Origin: Takakia lepidozioides
Taxonomy: Eukaryota > Plantae > Bryophyta
NCBI GenBank assembly: GCA_030704615.1
Contig: CM060733.1
Location: 63,612,001 to 63,676,000, forward strand
Direction: 5' to 3'
DNA length: 64,000 nt
This document shows, one piece after another, positions 11,420-24,209 of this stretch (its first letter is position 1; every line of letters starts with the position of its first letter). Below the pieces are notes generated by a model, which saw only the letters and a list, made by a program, of their open reading frames with translations, did not search any database and was not told where the DNA came from. The translations under genes were made by a program, and so were the position numbers.

Positions 11420-14400
11420 TCACTGGTCCCCTGGATCCATATTCAGAAGAGTGTCAACCTCCTGGGGGCTCAACCCTGGTGCATGTATGAAGTGATGAGT
11501 TGTGGAATTACAACGGAGTCTCTTTAGGTACACGTAGTACAAATGCTTGCAAGGGCAGTATGATGCCCCCTTGTTCGCCATGATCTGGAAGTCGGTGCAA
11601 TTGCAGGTGGGTAATTCTGAAATGGTGATGGTGTACACCTCATTGCGAACAGCTGAGCCGCCGTGGCCATTTGATACACACGCCCGAATCCTGGTGGGGG
11701 CACTTCTGTCGAGCTCTGGATTGTACAGTTCATCCGAAGTGCATTCCCCATCCTTGTCTCGTTCACTTTTGAGGGAGGTCGCCGCCTCTTCGGTTTCCCC
11801 CCAACGGTGTGTAGGATGCTTAGAGCTGTCGTGTCCCATTGTTCTTGCTCTCACAGGGGTCGGTGGTGGAGGCTGTGGAAGCGGAAATGGTTCTCTGGGG
11901 ACTCAGTGCGCGCTGCACCATCCGAAATCCTGCGGCGGTAAGGGCGTCGGCCTCAACCTGACTCAGATCGCAGCCTGGTTCCACCGGCCACACCGGGGGA
12001 GCCTCTGGCATTGTTTGTATGCCGTACTTGGGCTTTCCATACACGCAAGTCATAATGTCGTGCCTGCAGAACCAGAACTGGGTGGTTGTCGCCTCCGCAA
12101 ACTTTGCATGGACAAATCTTCCTGTAAAAGTAGGAGCAGGGACAGCCCCATCTGGATTCCTCCTTATCATCTCTAAACAACGTTGCCATGTATCCACACG
12201 AATTGCGGAACACCTTCCTCGAAACGACGGCTTTGTGCGAGCAATTCTCCACTGTGATGCAGACACAGTCGTCTCCACAATGGCTTGGCCATACTGCATA
12301 ACAGCGGGCGGAATGTGGGGCAAGGGAGGGTGGGAATTTGTTGCACGAAATCCCCGGTTGAAGGCGACGGCGATCTGGAATTTCTTTGGCTTCCACTGCT
12401 GGAAGACACATTGTGCGGCAACATGACGGGACCCTCGAGGTGCTGTCCGAATGTTCCTGTCGGATCTCCAGGAATCCTCTTCGCACCCGGGTTCCTCTTC
12501 AATCCTCCGCCTGACAGGGCGAGTCCGGACGTCCCCCTCTAGGTGTTCACCTCTGCGGTGCAGAGGCGTCCCTTTGATCTTCTCTCGCAATGCTGTCGCC
12601 CATTTCACTGGATTCTTGGACCTCGAAGCTGTTCGTACCAACAATTCTTCCCTGTCCGGCCCAAAGCCCCATTGTTTGCCGCTCAGGAACTTGTAGTACG
12701 TGGCTTGCTGCATGATTGCTCTGTCGATGTCCTCCGTTGTGGCCGTCACTACGTCCACCAAATGTGCGGCAAAAGACGCTCGCCAGGAGGAGTGGACCGA
12801 TTCTGCCATATTCGTGTTCGGCATGTCCGTGTCGGAATCCAAGCACCGCTCCTAGAAGGACACAAACAATGGTGAGGGACCAATCGAAATGTCCGTAACA
12901 GAAAGACAAATGAACGAAATTGACAGCAGCCTACCTCCCGCATGTAATGTCCGAACTGTCGATACCTGAAATGCCACCACCCCCCAACCAGCTGTGCAAT
13001 GCTCCCAGATTGGTTGTCTCCACTGCACCTGACGTGTTCCACCAAGCCTCGATGATAGCAAACTTAACCTCCGCGTCATCAATGTGGGTGCATCCTTCCA
13101 CGCCGTACAAAGGACACGGTGTTCAGCCTGGAATGAGCTAGCAACAAATTTGGTAGTGTAGTGGGATAGACTCTGCATCCAATGGAATCCACAGGATCTC
13201 TCTTTCCCCTCCATTGGAACATTGGGGTCCTCACCGTACACACGCCGCACCGTTGCCCAGTTGGCCTGAGCGTTGTCTGCCATGAATCCCCTGAAATTGG
13301 GCTCTGGCAATCCCGTCCTTGCCATCTGCTCGTTTATGCCCTCCCACAGATGCATCTCGGACTGTGTGTCCTCCCCTTTCATCTCGCAGATTGCAATCGT
13401 CATGAGCCTCTTGGAGTGATAGTCATAAACATGCGCACCCACCAACCACATAGTCACCCACTGATGGTTGTAATTCGCTTGATGTGATCAAACATCACCC
13501 AAGCATTCGACAAGTTTCCAGTTGTCATGCGAGTGACCAAGTCGACTCCACTCCCAGGCCCACACGTCGACATTTTGAAAATGTAACACAACGATCGGAT
13601 TCGCTGCCTTGCCCTGGAAACCTGCTACCTTGTGTAGTCATATCCAGTCATTTCGTTTCACCTCCAGGATTGAGTACATGTCCGACCCCCTGCCGAACTC
13701 CTGCTTGCAAGATACGATGTGATTCCGCACATTCGGACTACAAACGTGCGAGACGGACTCCAAGAGGTCCCGCATCTCGTCTTCGGTCAAGGGCTCTCGG
13801 TCGGAAACCATCTTCAGACATGATTTTGCCAAAGCAATCTTGTGAGCTGCCTTCAGCTGAATCTGCTTTGCTGGCTCCGGGGCTCAATTTCACCTCCTCT
13901 TTTATGATGTCGTGTGCTTCCTGCACAGCCTCACGCATGTTGCCTCTCGCCAAGGGGTGGCAGTGGACCCCAACGTGTATGCAAGCTCTAGTCAGTCCGG
14001 GAGCAAATGGATAACGTAGTAGTGCTTGGCTCTGCACATGGACATGCACGTTGGTGTTCTTTGCAATGTGCACACTTGAAAGAACCGCAGGAGCTGGCTG
14101 GAGACAATGAATGGATGATGCGTTGTGCCAGTCCAATCCGTCGTTTCGTTTCTCCTCTTCTCGCCCTCCTTTGGAGAGAAAGTGGAAGCAGGTGGGATTG
14201 AGGCACCTCAGCTTCCCCGCACAGAGGACATATCGTACACGAACACCATCAGCAATTTTCGTGCTACTGGTCTTCGTCACACACCAGGTGTCCGTCATGC
14301 TTTCGATCCATGTCTGTTAACATCCCGGAGGCTTTCTTTGACGAAGAAACAGTGGAAACTCGAAGATGACATTGCCATCGACTTCGGGAGGCAGAAACGT

Positions 14401-15035
14401 TACCTTTCTGACTGGGAATTTGGCATAGTCGAGAGCAGCCAGCTCGGAGCGAGAACCATCGAGGTGATGTTGTCGTAGGAGCTGCACAATGGACCGGGTT
14501 GGAGTTATGCTCGAGGGCACATTCGTAGCACCTACAGAGACGTCCATGCCGGATTTGAACACCGTGTGGAGGACATGGGTACCTCAATGCAATCATCTTC
14601 CTCGTCGGAAATGTCGAATACGTCCACACGAGAAGCTATGGAGGGTCTTGACGGTCCAGGTCGGGAATGATTATCGTTGCATACCTCTCTGTTGGCAGTG
14701 GCCGCCTCTCGTTTCCGGACTCCTTGTGGATGGTGTGGGCAGCGACTGATTCGGAAAGGGAATGGGCATTCCCACAGCTCGGTACAGGATGGTGTCTGAC
14801 GGGGGAACGTGCCATCGATTCCGCAACCTCCGTCGTTACCTAGCACGACAATGGTCTCGTCAACCTGTCCAGGAACATCCTTCCTTTCTTCTTCCAAATA
14901 AACTGTGCCCCGGTTGAGCTTGAATTTGGAACAAAGGTAAGTTTCAGTCACTCTGCAAAGTCCTCCCTCGTTTGGGATCCAGGCTCTCCCAAGTTGCGGA
15001 GGACAGCAAACTATAGCGTAGGAATTCGGAGCCAT
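11420..15035 (-). pseudogene. MULE transposase (GCM-like Zn finger, DDE core, SWIM), frameshifted as assembled
   Basis: FMADNAQAN, CGFHW (CxxH), TNMAESVH and C-terminal CNCTDF...CPCKH SWIM; one intron; many single-base indels relative to the copy at 58748-62350. Confidence 0.85.
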
Positions 15036-15464
15036 CGAACACCGCACGGAGTTGGCAAGTGCGAGGTTCAGTATAGTAGCGACAGACCAAGGCTCACAGG
15101 CACCATCTAAGTGGATCTGCGGAGTCCATCGACGATTGGAAGTTGCCCATTGAAGTGGAAAGTATTGTTTCAAGCTACATGCATGAGGTGGGAGGTTTGA
15201 TTCCATAGCCAGTGAGTATGACAATGATGGCCGATTCGGCGACGAAATAACATCTCCTGACAGTTTCTCCTGAGGGTGGATCCAGCAGTATTCTCGGTGC
15301 AGACAGGACGTTCGCACTGACAAGTGCCAGGACTGCTGGTTAAAACTGTCAGACAACCAAGTTGTGCTCATCAAGACTGGCCCGCAATTGTGTTGTTTCG
15401 GAACAATGCAACCCATTCAGGTTCCAGATTTCCCGTCCCGAGTGATTCTTTCGATTGCTGGTGG

Positions 15465-17210
15465 ACGAAAATACGGCGCCGCATTTCCGTATTGCATCTT
15501 GGTCATGCACCAGAGCGACGGAAATGCGGCACCGAGTTTCCGTCCGGGGGAACCTTTATACTCTCCAGAACGGAAGCTGTAACGCATTTCCATCCAGCAA
15601 GCGCGGTATGTGAAGGTGAACGGAAATGCGGTACCGCATTTCCGTTCTGATCAGATTTATGAACAACGGGAACAGAAATGCGGCACCGCATTTCCGTCCG
15701 AGTCGCACTTTTCCGACATTTCAGAACGGAAAAGCGCCGCCGCATTTCCATTTTGTATCTGATGCATGGAGCTGAGGGATTGAAATGCTGCCAGCACATT
15801 TCCGTCCTTAAAAGACATTCATACTCTCCAGAACGGAAATGCGGTACCGCATTTCATTCCACAAGCACGGTATGTGAAGGTGGAACGGAAATGCGGTCCA
15901 GCCAGCATTTCCGTTCTGATTGAGATTTCGAACAACGGGAACAGAAATGCGGCACCGCATTTCGTCCGAGTCGCACTTTTCGACATTCCAGAAACGGAAA
16001 TGCGGCGCCGCATTTCCATTTTGTATCTGATGCATGGAGCCGAGTGCGATTCCGACAGCTTCATACAGCGCAATTCCGACCGCGTTGAGACATTCATACT
16101 ATCCAGAACGGAAATGCGGCCACGCATTTCCGTTCTGACTGAAAATCGTGAACCATCTGAACTAAAATGCGCACCGTATTTCCTCCGAGTCCGAGTCGCA
16201 CCTACCAACATTTCAGAACGGAAATGCGGTACCGCATTTCCGTTCTGACTGAAAATCGTGAAACCGTCGGAATTGAAATGCGGCAACGCATTTCCATCCG
16301 AGTCGCACCTCCCAACATTCCAGAACGGAATGTATTAGATTCAAAGGGAAATGCGGCACCGCGTTCCGTTCTGATGAAATATCCTGAAACCTCGGAACTG
16401 AAATGCGGTCCGCATTTCCGTGGGAGTCGCACCTTCCGACATTCCAAACGGAAATGCGGCCCGCATTTCCGTTTTGTATGTGAGGCATGGAAGCTGTGGA
16501 ACGAAAATGCGGCACGGAATTTCCCCAGCGTCAGACGTAATACTCTACAGAACGGAAATGCGGTACCGCATTTCCATTCTGACTGAAAATCATGCGCAAA
16601 AAACGAACAGAAATCCGCACCGCATTTCCGTTCGAGTCGCACCTTCCGACATTCTAGAACGGAAATGCGGCGCCGCATTTCCGTTTTGTATATTGGGCCT
16701 GGAGCTGTGCTACGAAAATGTGTACCCCACCCGCATTCCATGCATGTGAGACCTTCAAACTTTCCGGACCGGAAATGCGGCACCGCATTTCTGTCCAGGT
16801 GATACCTCTATATTCCCGAACGGAAATGTGGCACGGCATTTCCATTCATCATCTACGGATGTGAAGTGGGAACGAAATGCGGTACCGCATTTCCGTTCAC
16901 ATTGAAAATCATGAACCACGGGAACTGAAATGTTGTGCCTCATTCCAGTCCCAATCGCACCTTTCGACATTCCAGAACGGAAATGCGGCGCCGCATTTCC
17001 CTTTTGAATCTCATACTTGGAGCTGTGGGACGGAAATGCGGCACCGTATTTCCGTTCAACAACTAAGGTATGTGAAGGTGGAACGGAAATGCGGGGCCGC
17101 ATTTTTTTCTTCCACAGTACGGATGTGTAGCAGAGTGATCGTACTTAACGGAAATGCGGCGCCGCATTCGCATTTTCGCTCCAACTGATCAGACGCTGGG
17201 ACGGAAATAC
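15465..17210. repeat. Family-X palindrome array (GAAATGCGG-NN-CCGCATTTC, ~53-bp period)
   Basis: About 30 copies between the divergent transposase and ParB-MTase genes; spacers recur in higher-order blocks. Confidence 0.9.
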
Positions 17211-17449
17211 CTTGAAATGTGAACCGTGGAGGCAAAACGGAATTGCTGCACATGTCGGCACTCTATCTACTGAAGGGGCATGAGGCGGCGCGGCCTGATC
17301 GTTCGATAATGATGTTTGTTTTTCGGACGGCAGGCGTACCCTCAACGATTCGAATTTCGTAATGACGCAAACTCCCCGAGGAGACACTTTCGTCCAACCA
17401 CCTTTCGAACCCAATGGTGCATCACCGCCGTTTCATCTACTTTTGTCGT

Positions 17450-17949
17450 NNNNNNNNNNNNNNNNNNNNNNNNNNNNNNNNNNNNNNNNNNNNNNNNNNN
17501 NNNNNNNNNNNNNNNNNNNNNNNNNNNNNNNNNNNNNNNNNNNNNNNNNNNNNNNNNNNNNNNNNNNNNNNNNNNNNNNNNNNNNNNNNNNNNNNNNNNN
17601 NNNNNNNNNNNNNNNNNNNNNNNNNNNNNNNNNNNNNNNNNNNNNNNNNNNNNNNNNNNNNNNNNNNNNNNNNNNNNNNNNNNNNNNNNNNNNNNNNNNN
17701 NNNNNNNNNNNNNNNNNNNNNNNNNNNNNNNNNNNNNNNNNNNNNNNNNNNNNNNNNNNNNNNNNNNNNNNNNNNNNNNNNNNNNNNNNNNNNNNNNNNN
17801 NNNNNNNNNNNNNNNNNNNNNNNNNNNNNNNNNNNNNNNNNNNNNNNNNNNNNNNNNNNNNNNNNNNNNNNNNNNNNNNNNNNNNNNNNNNNNNNNNNNN
17901 NNNNNNNNNNNNNNNNNNNNNNNNNNNNNNNNNNNNNNNNNNNNNNNNN
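17450..17949. other. Assembly gap (500 N)
   Basis: Run of n; removes the 5' end of the ParB-MTase gene. Confidence 1.
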
Positions 17950-19598
17950 GCTTCTGAACCGGCTCAGGCCGATTCACCCCCCCCAACGCGAATGAAGCAG
18001 CAGGGTAGAAGACAGATTCAATTGCAGCAGACACCTTCACCTGCAAGGATGAGGAAGCAGAAGGCAATCAGGGCGACGGGCGAACAATCTCCCGCAAAAC
18101 CGCTTCCACGAGCTGAAGCTCAGTTCCTGGAGGATTTCCCGCCTGCAGATGTTGGGGCCGACTCTGCTGCAGCTCAGGCAATGGGATCGACCGTTGATCT
18201 CGATTTGGTACCGGAGGAGGGTGCTGCCGCTCAACTTTCACAGCAAGACCTCACCACCGATGAGCAAGCAGGCCCGGAGGAGGCCTCTGCAATGGCAGAA
18301 TTGCCCGCACACCGGCCCCAGAGTGCAGCTCCAGTTGAGGATGCTCCAGCTGCTCAGCCACTACCGGCACCTACAGACATGTCTCCGGAGGATTTCAAAA
18401 GTGCAGCGGATAAAATGTTGGAGGAGACACACAGTAGCATTGGCAGAGTTCTGGGCAGCAGGGTATTCCAGCGGACTCTTCGAATCCCACTCTGTCGCAT
18501 GGTCTCCCTTCCCATCGTCAGGCAGGCCCTTCCCGGAGATGTGGATAAGCTCAAGTTCGCATTTCGAGAAGGGTACCGTCTGGGATCGGCAGCGTTTTAC
18601 GTTTCCATTGAGAATGAGGACGGCGAAACTCGTGGACCCACTGCCGATGAATTGTCAACGTGGGATACCCACTGGCACACTCGCAACCACGAATTCGAGG
18701 CGACGCTGAAGGGTGATCCCGACTTCGGCCATATGTCGGGTAAAATGTTCTTTGTGTGGGACGGGAATCACCGACTTCTCGCCTGGTGGGAGTACATCAA
18801 GCAGAACCATGCCAAGCACATTGGCTGGCATTACATGGTGGAGTGTGTCATCCTGAAGGTGAAGGCGGCAGACTCCTCCCTGCTCAAGAATGCCATGGCG
18901 GACCTCAACTCGTAAGATACTCATACCCTCCCTAGCACGTTCGAAATGCGGTGCCGCATTTCGGTTTCCATTCTGGTTTGTTTCCGTGCTTCCGTGTACT
19001 GAACTGGAGAGTGTGCCTTGCAGGGTCACTGAAAATGCGTACGTGCATACCCACATGGCACACATGCTGTACAGGGTGAGGAAAACTGGTCTCACTGATC
19101 CGCAGATGTTTGCGGAAATGCTGGAGCCCGAGCTCATTCAGAAAGCCGTTGCAAAAACAGACCGGACATGGTATCGTCTCACTATGGATGGAATGGTGGA
19201 GGTGATATACGAAGTAAGTCGTCCTCCAATTTCCCTCTGCTCATCCTTCCCCAATTTTCAGTAATCTTTCCACATGAATCGAATGTAACGCTTCTGCATG
19301 TTTTTGTTGGCAGTCAAACATCAAGCTGGATTTGGCCCATGCCAAACGCTTCTTCATGGAAAGTGAGGGGCAGGTCAAAACGCTGCAGTCATTGACTGAG
19401 CACTTGAAGGAAGCCGGTGTCAAGTCCAGAACCAAATACAAGTCAAAGCTTGTGAAGCTGGTGGCAATTGCAGATCCGGCACTTGGAAAGGACTTCATCC
19501 CCGAGATTGCAAAACACTATTCTCGGGCCATGCAGCCGACCATGCAATTGGAGAAACTGCATCACCTCTCAACGGCATGTGTGGAGGCGAAAGAGAAG
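17950..19598 (+). CDS. N-terminal exons of the X ParB/Srx-MTase fusion gene
   Basis: Contains FFVWDGNHRLLAW, the ParB/Sulfiredoxin DGxHR signature; introns 18912-19023 and 19214-19313; phase-0 donor at 19599 whose acceptor lies across the inversion at 45307-45308. Confidence 0.75.
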
Positions 19599-19625
19599 GT
19601 GAGGTTTCAATGCACTGAAGTTCCT

Positions 19626-19935
19626 TCCTAGCAATAAGCAAATACTGTGGAGGTGCAGTATAGTTATGGTAGTAAGACCTCCAGAACTCGCCGCAGCAAC
19701 ATCTCATGATGAAGAGACGAACACTCCGTCTTCCAGGTCTATCTCGCACAACAAGTATCCACTGTTATCCACTGGCAGGCCTCACCCAAAGAGAATCCCA
19801 CATAAGTGCTCGGAAACTCGTCACCCTGCGTGTACCTTCACTGAAGTCCAACTCCACCATAATGTCTCCCATCACTGGCTCACGCAATCGCGATCCTCCA
19901 ATCCCGCTCCGTCGAATGCAGAAGGCACTTACACA
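19626..19935 (-). pseudogene. Divergent accessory-family ORF cut by the inversion breakpoint
   Basis: PVMGDIMVELDF...FRALMW...WILVVRD...RLFIMRCCCGEFW resembles GDIIVW...LRAMEY...WVLKIVD...LWRWNCCQW; one stop; probable continuation on + at 45393-45633. Confidence 0.45.
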
Positions 19936-20602
19936 GGGCGGCATTGAGGAAGTGTGCGCCCACCGGGAATGGAGAGGGACAAGTACTCGCTGTTGTTTTT
20001 AAACACGGAGATGCAAACATTGAAAACCCAATGCGGAAAACCTTCTCAGGTGATCTTCTCTGGGGCAACGACAATACGTGCCCCCATTGGCCAGCAACGG
20101 CTACCCACACAGGCGATCAAAAATGAGTGGGGCTAGAAGAGGCTCGACAGAGAAGGTGCCACGACATTACGGGAAGAAATTGTGCTAAAACCACCGCCGT
20201 CCTAAAACCACCGACCTTGGTATTTTGGCGCCGAAATTCCCAAGAGCAGTGTGCTAAAGTGGTGTTTTGAAGACATCCACCGGGGTATCTCCTCTTAAAA
20301 TGTGATATAGTGCGGTATTTTATGGCGCAGAGCGGGCTATTTCGGCGCCGAAATACCCTAGTGGAATATGCTGAAGTGTCTTGTGCTAAAGGATTCCATC
20401 GTGATATTTTGGTGCAGTAATTCCTTCGTGGAATTTTATAAGGCCCATATTATGAAGGCGCACACTGGGCTATTTCGGCGCAGAAATTCCAATAGGAATG
20501 TTAGAAACGGCAGGGTTTTCATGGCTTCAAGTTCCCGGCTCGCTGGTGTGCATAAATTACTTGTAGGGTTCTTTACTTAAGTTTGCGTCTCTTCTTCTTT
20601 TA

Positions 20603-23600
20603 TTATACATTTAGGTTGCCGGAAGAAATGTAGGGAATCGGACATGCAATCTGAACACAATTATTTTTGAAATCGTCAATATTTTCTTTAAGTGTTTCAG
20701 AACTGTACAACAAAAGGATCCAAATGAGACTTTGATATGGTGAGGATCCGCGATCACTGTCCGATGCATCCCCGGCCTCATGCAAGGATGGCTGCCTTCT
20801 ACCTGCCTCCGAACCTGCACTGCCGCTACCGCTGTTACTCTGAGAAGCCCTCCCCTCAAAAATACCATCCTCACCAGCCGAAACTGTCCACCTGGGTGCG
20901 GAACTGTCCTCATCATCCCCCTCGCTCTCGGACGCGGATTCTATGACGAACTTGCCTACTCTGCCTTTCACAATTCTATGTTTGGCCTCACGCCTCATTA
21001 TAATTCTGTGCTCATTCCCGAATATCAATTGCTCAAACCGAGTAGGCCTATCCTCCCTCCTGATGGCTTCTCTGGCAGCCGTGTCTGCAAGGCTGGTAGA
21101 AAAAAGGGCTTCTGGGGACTCGCAAGAAACGATTTTCTGGCAAAGAATGGCCGATGCGATTCTGTCTCCTCCTCTGCAACAGGGTCCAATTCGGGCAAGT
21201 CTCCCAGCATTTCCTCGTCGGACGACTCTGCAAGGCTGAGTGTACGCACAAACATAGAATGAAGCACATTAGAGCATTCAAACAGGGAATCATCGGCAAG
21301 TTGCATGGTCCCTACAACCGAAACCAATACACTTATTATGGTGCAACTCACTCGAAGACAGGCATTGGAGGAAGCGGCTTCGGGCGCCCCTGCATCGTAC
21401 AAATTTCCTGGACTTCCTCCTCTTCCTCTTCCTCCTCCCCTTCCACGTCCTCTTCTGCGTTTTTGGGATCCTCAGTCGGAGGCAGACGCTGTAGGCCCGC
21501 CAAATTGAAATCGTACAAGGCCGTATCCCCCTCAAATGAGAACACAAATCGGTTGGACATCCTTCCCGCCCACATATAGGCACCTGCGAATTCATACGAC
21601 ACAAGCACAGACAAACTCAAGAATGAGTCGCTTCCTCGCACAAGCAAACATACACAATCGGAAATGGTGTCAATTTTGGTGCCGCAATCACTTAATGCTC
21701 TCACCTGTATTTGCAGTGACGTCGAGGACCCTGCCTTCAACATCCGTACACGTTTCCATGAGTGTCTGGATGAATGCCATACCTCCACGGCCTGCCCGAC
21801 AAATCACAAAGCATGTCCTTCTCTCCCACATGGTTGAAGAGGATATTATACTCCAGTGGATCAACTGTGGAATCAACAAGTCTTCCTGCTTGACGTAATT
21901 TGAATTTTGAATGTTCCTTCACGAAGCAGAATGCATGAAAGATAAGAGTCTGCAAAGAAGGAAATGAAAACGTCAGAGGTGGCCTACACGTACATGAGCA
22001 ATTTCGGCGCATAAATTGGCATAGCAGAGGAGAACCACATCATACCTTCTGGCCATCGTTTAGAAGACCCTGCGTGTTGATGCAAGTCCAGATCTTTTTT
22101 AGGATGGGTGCTGCACTTCTCCCCGTCCATACTTTGATATCATTCTCAGTGACTTCTCCATCGGCTGCTAGCACAACAACACAGCCAGCGTCGTCCAACA
22201 TGTTGGCTGCGAACCCGAATGTGTGGCTCTAGTATCTTTCGTCGTACTTGTTCCACCAGGGTAATGAGCCCAGCCCCAGTATCTCCTGCCCATCCGGGAT
22301 ATCCACAAGGATCATGTCGATGGAGGCTTTCACCGCCCTGCCCCCGACTGTGCTCTTTTTGCCGTGGCTCATCGCCACAAAATACTCCATCATCTTTGTG
22401 TAGCCAGGAGTGTCCTCCATATCATTGCCAGTGGCCTTCCTCTTCCCCTTCCCCTGGTGGGCCTCGATCGCCTTCCTCAATCTTGTTATCTCCAGCCTTC
22501 TGGTCAGAGCAGTTAGGAAATTTTCATTAACACACTCCACAATTGTGGGTGTTTTGAGGACTTCCCTGCCCGCAATGTGCACCGCACGGTAGGGTCTGCT
22601 AGATGCATCCTCGCATAGTGATCTCTTCGCAGATGAACCCCCGGAGCGCTGGCCCTTGTGAATTTTTGGACGAGGTGTGGCCCCCTGGGTGTTATCCTGC
22701 TGGAAATCGTCGTCGGAATCCTCGTCATCTGGCTGACTATGTTGCTGCTTCTTCTTCTTGGGTGTGGGGGTCTTTGTCTCTTGCCCCTGTTTGCGCATTC
22801 TTTTCTTCCTGTCCTTGGGCTGCTCAGCTGCCTGCTTCTCCATCTGCTCCTTCACCAACGCTGCCGCCTTGGCTGACTTTCTCAGTGCTTTCTGCTTGGC
22901 TGCCTCCTCTGCTTTCAGTCTTTCCACGTTCTCTGGTTGGGGATCCGATTGCGCCTTCATAGCCCTGGCATTTGCTTCCTTCTTCAAGTTAACCTCCGAG
23001 AGGTCAACGGTCCCACTTGGGAGATCCACATACCATGGACAGTCTACCAAATGCTCGACATGCCACTCCTTCGCCATTACTTCTGTGTACATCGTACCAC
23101 GACCTCCATGTGTCATCCACGCCAGGAAGAATGGTGGAACCCTTTGAATGCTCCGGACGGAATGAGTGCAAAGTTTATGTACCTGCAATCACGAGGCAGT
23201 TCAGCAAAAATCATTCTACTGATGCATCATGCAAGAGGAAGTTCTCAATGCACAAGGTATTTCAGCACCGAAATACGCAGTGGACCGTGCCCCAATTACC
23301 CAGCACTCACATCTTGCAGAGGTATATTTCGGCGCCGCAATATCCACCGCTGCGAAGCCATGGGCTCCTTCTGCTTCCTCGGCTTTCGAACTCTAGGTGG
23401 GCTTTTCTGAGGCGATATCTGAGGTGTTGAATGAGGACTCGCCTGCCTCGATGCACTTCCACCTTGCGAGCGCAGCACCCGGGCAGGAGTATCCAAAGTT
23501 GACTGTGTTGCCTCGCCCCCCTGCGATCCCTCCCCAGCTCCCATGTCAAACAAACAGGAAAACATGAGACACTGCAGGCCAAAAAAAAGGTGTAAAATGA

Positions 23601-23805
23601 ATAGTGCGTATGGAGTGCTTCACATCCGCGAAGCACAAATCTTTCACTGGTGGGCGATCCGAGTCTCCGGATAACGAGGTCTGCATTTCCTGCATGAGAC
23701 GGAGCTTAAGTCGTGTCGTCGGCGGCGGCTTCCCAAAATCTCGCGTCCTCCTCTTTGCCGGAGTCGCCTGACCTTCCACAAACTCTATGCTATCACTATG
23801 CTGCA
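20603..23805 (-). pseudogene. Family-Y MTase-like gene lacking the ParB segment
   Basis: Exons homologous to 42359-44715: PPFFLAW...CPWY, SIDMILVDIPDG, KSWTCINT, AFIQTLMETCTDVEGRVLDVTANTG|AYMWAGR; premature stop at 22229-22231. Confidence 0.75.
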
Positions 23806-24209
23806 TAAGGAGAGGAAACACAGGAGAATGTCATTGCAGAAGGGCAAGGAGCGAGAGAGCGAAGCGGTGGAACATGCAACCACTATGCACGAGCAGATGC
23901 GTAAGCAGCCACGTCTCCGGAAGCGTTGCCACCGTCCACCACTTTCTGCCGTATGGGTGATGAAGAGATTGCGACCCCTGACACGTTCGCACGGATGAAG
24001 TCGACTGGAACACGACGCGTGCCTGTTCAAGCCACCAGTACAAGACACTTTATCCGAATTGCGGCACCGAAATACCGTTCCGTTCACCGGATGCTGTTCC
24101 CGGAGCAGCCGACATTGAATGAAATATCCGCACATCACAAAACCCAACCGCCATGAAAATCCCCTGCCTATGACATTCAACAGTCAGGTCGTAACGTTTC
24201 ATCAGCGGA

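Larger units (their letters stand above)
10590..19631. mobile_element. Mutator-like element X, left half (right half inverted at 39049-45392)
   Basis: Terminus GAGGTTTACTATTTCATGAGC with CATGAGC subrepeats; flank CTACTGTC (10582-10589) matches the reverse complement of 39041-39048; contains transposase, palindrome array and ParB exons. Confidence 0.85.

Noticed and set aside
15465-17210. CRISPR array (palindromic repeats with ~33-bp spacers)
   Set aside because: Spacers recur in higher-order blocks, repeats are degenerate and also dispersed in introns, there are no cas genes, and the context is eukaryotic.
15500-17250. Many overlapping ORFs with KCGAAF / MRRRIS / NAAPHF repeats (also 41400-42350 and 56800-58450)
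   Set aside because: They are translation artefacts of the palindrome in all six frames.
17316-18067. Long ORFs containing poly-X (also 55844-56577)
   Set aside because: They read through assembly gaps.
17950-19598. Bacterial contamination or a recent HGT island (ParB plus MTase)
   Set aside because: The genes have GT-AG introns with positions conserved across paralogs and lie within TIR/TSD-bounded plant transposons.
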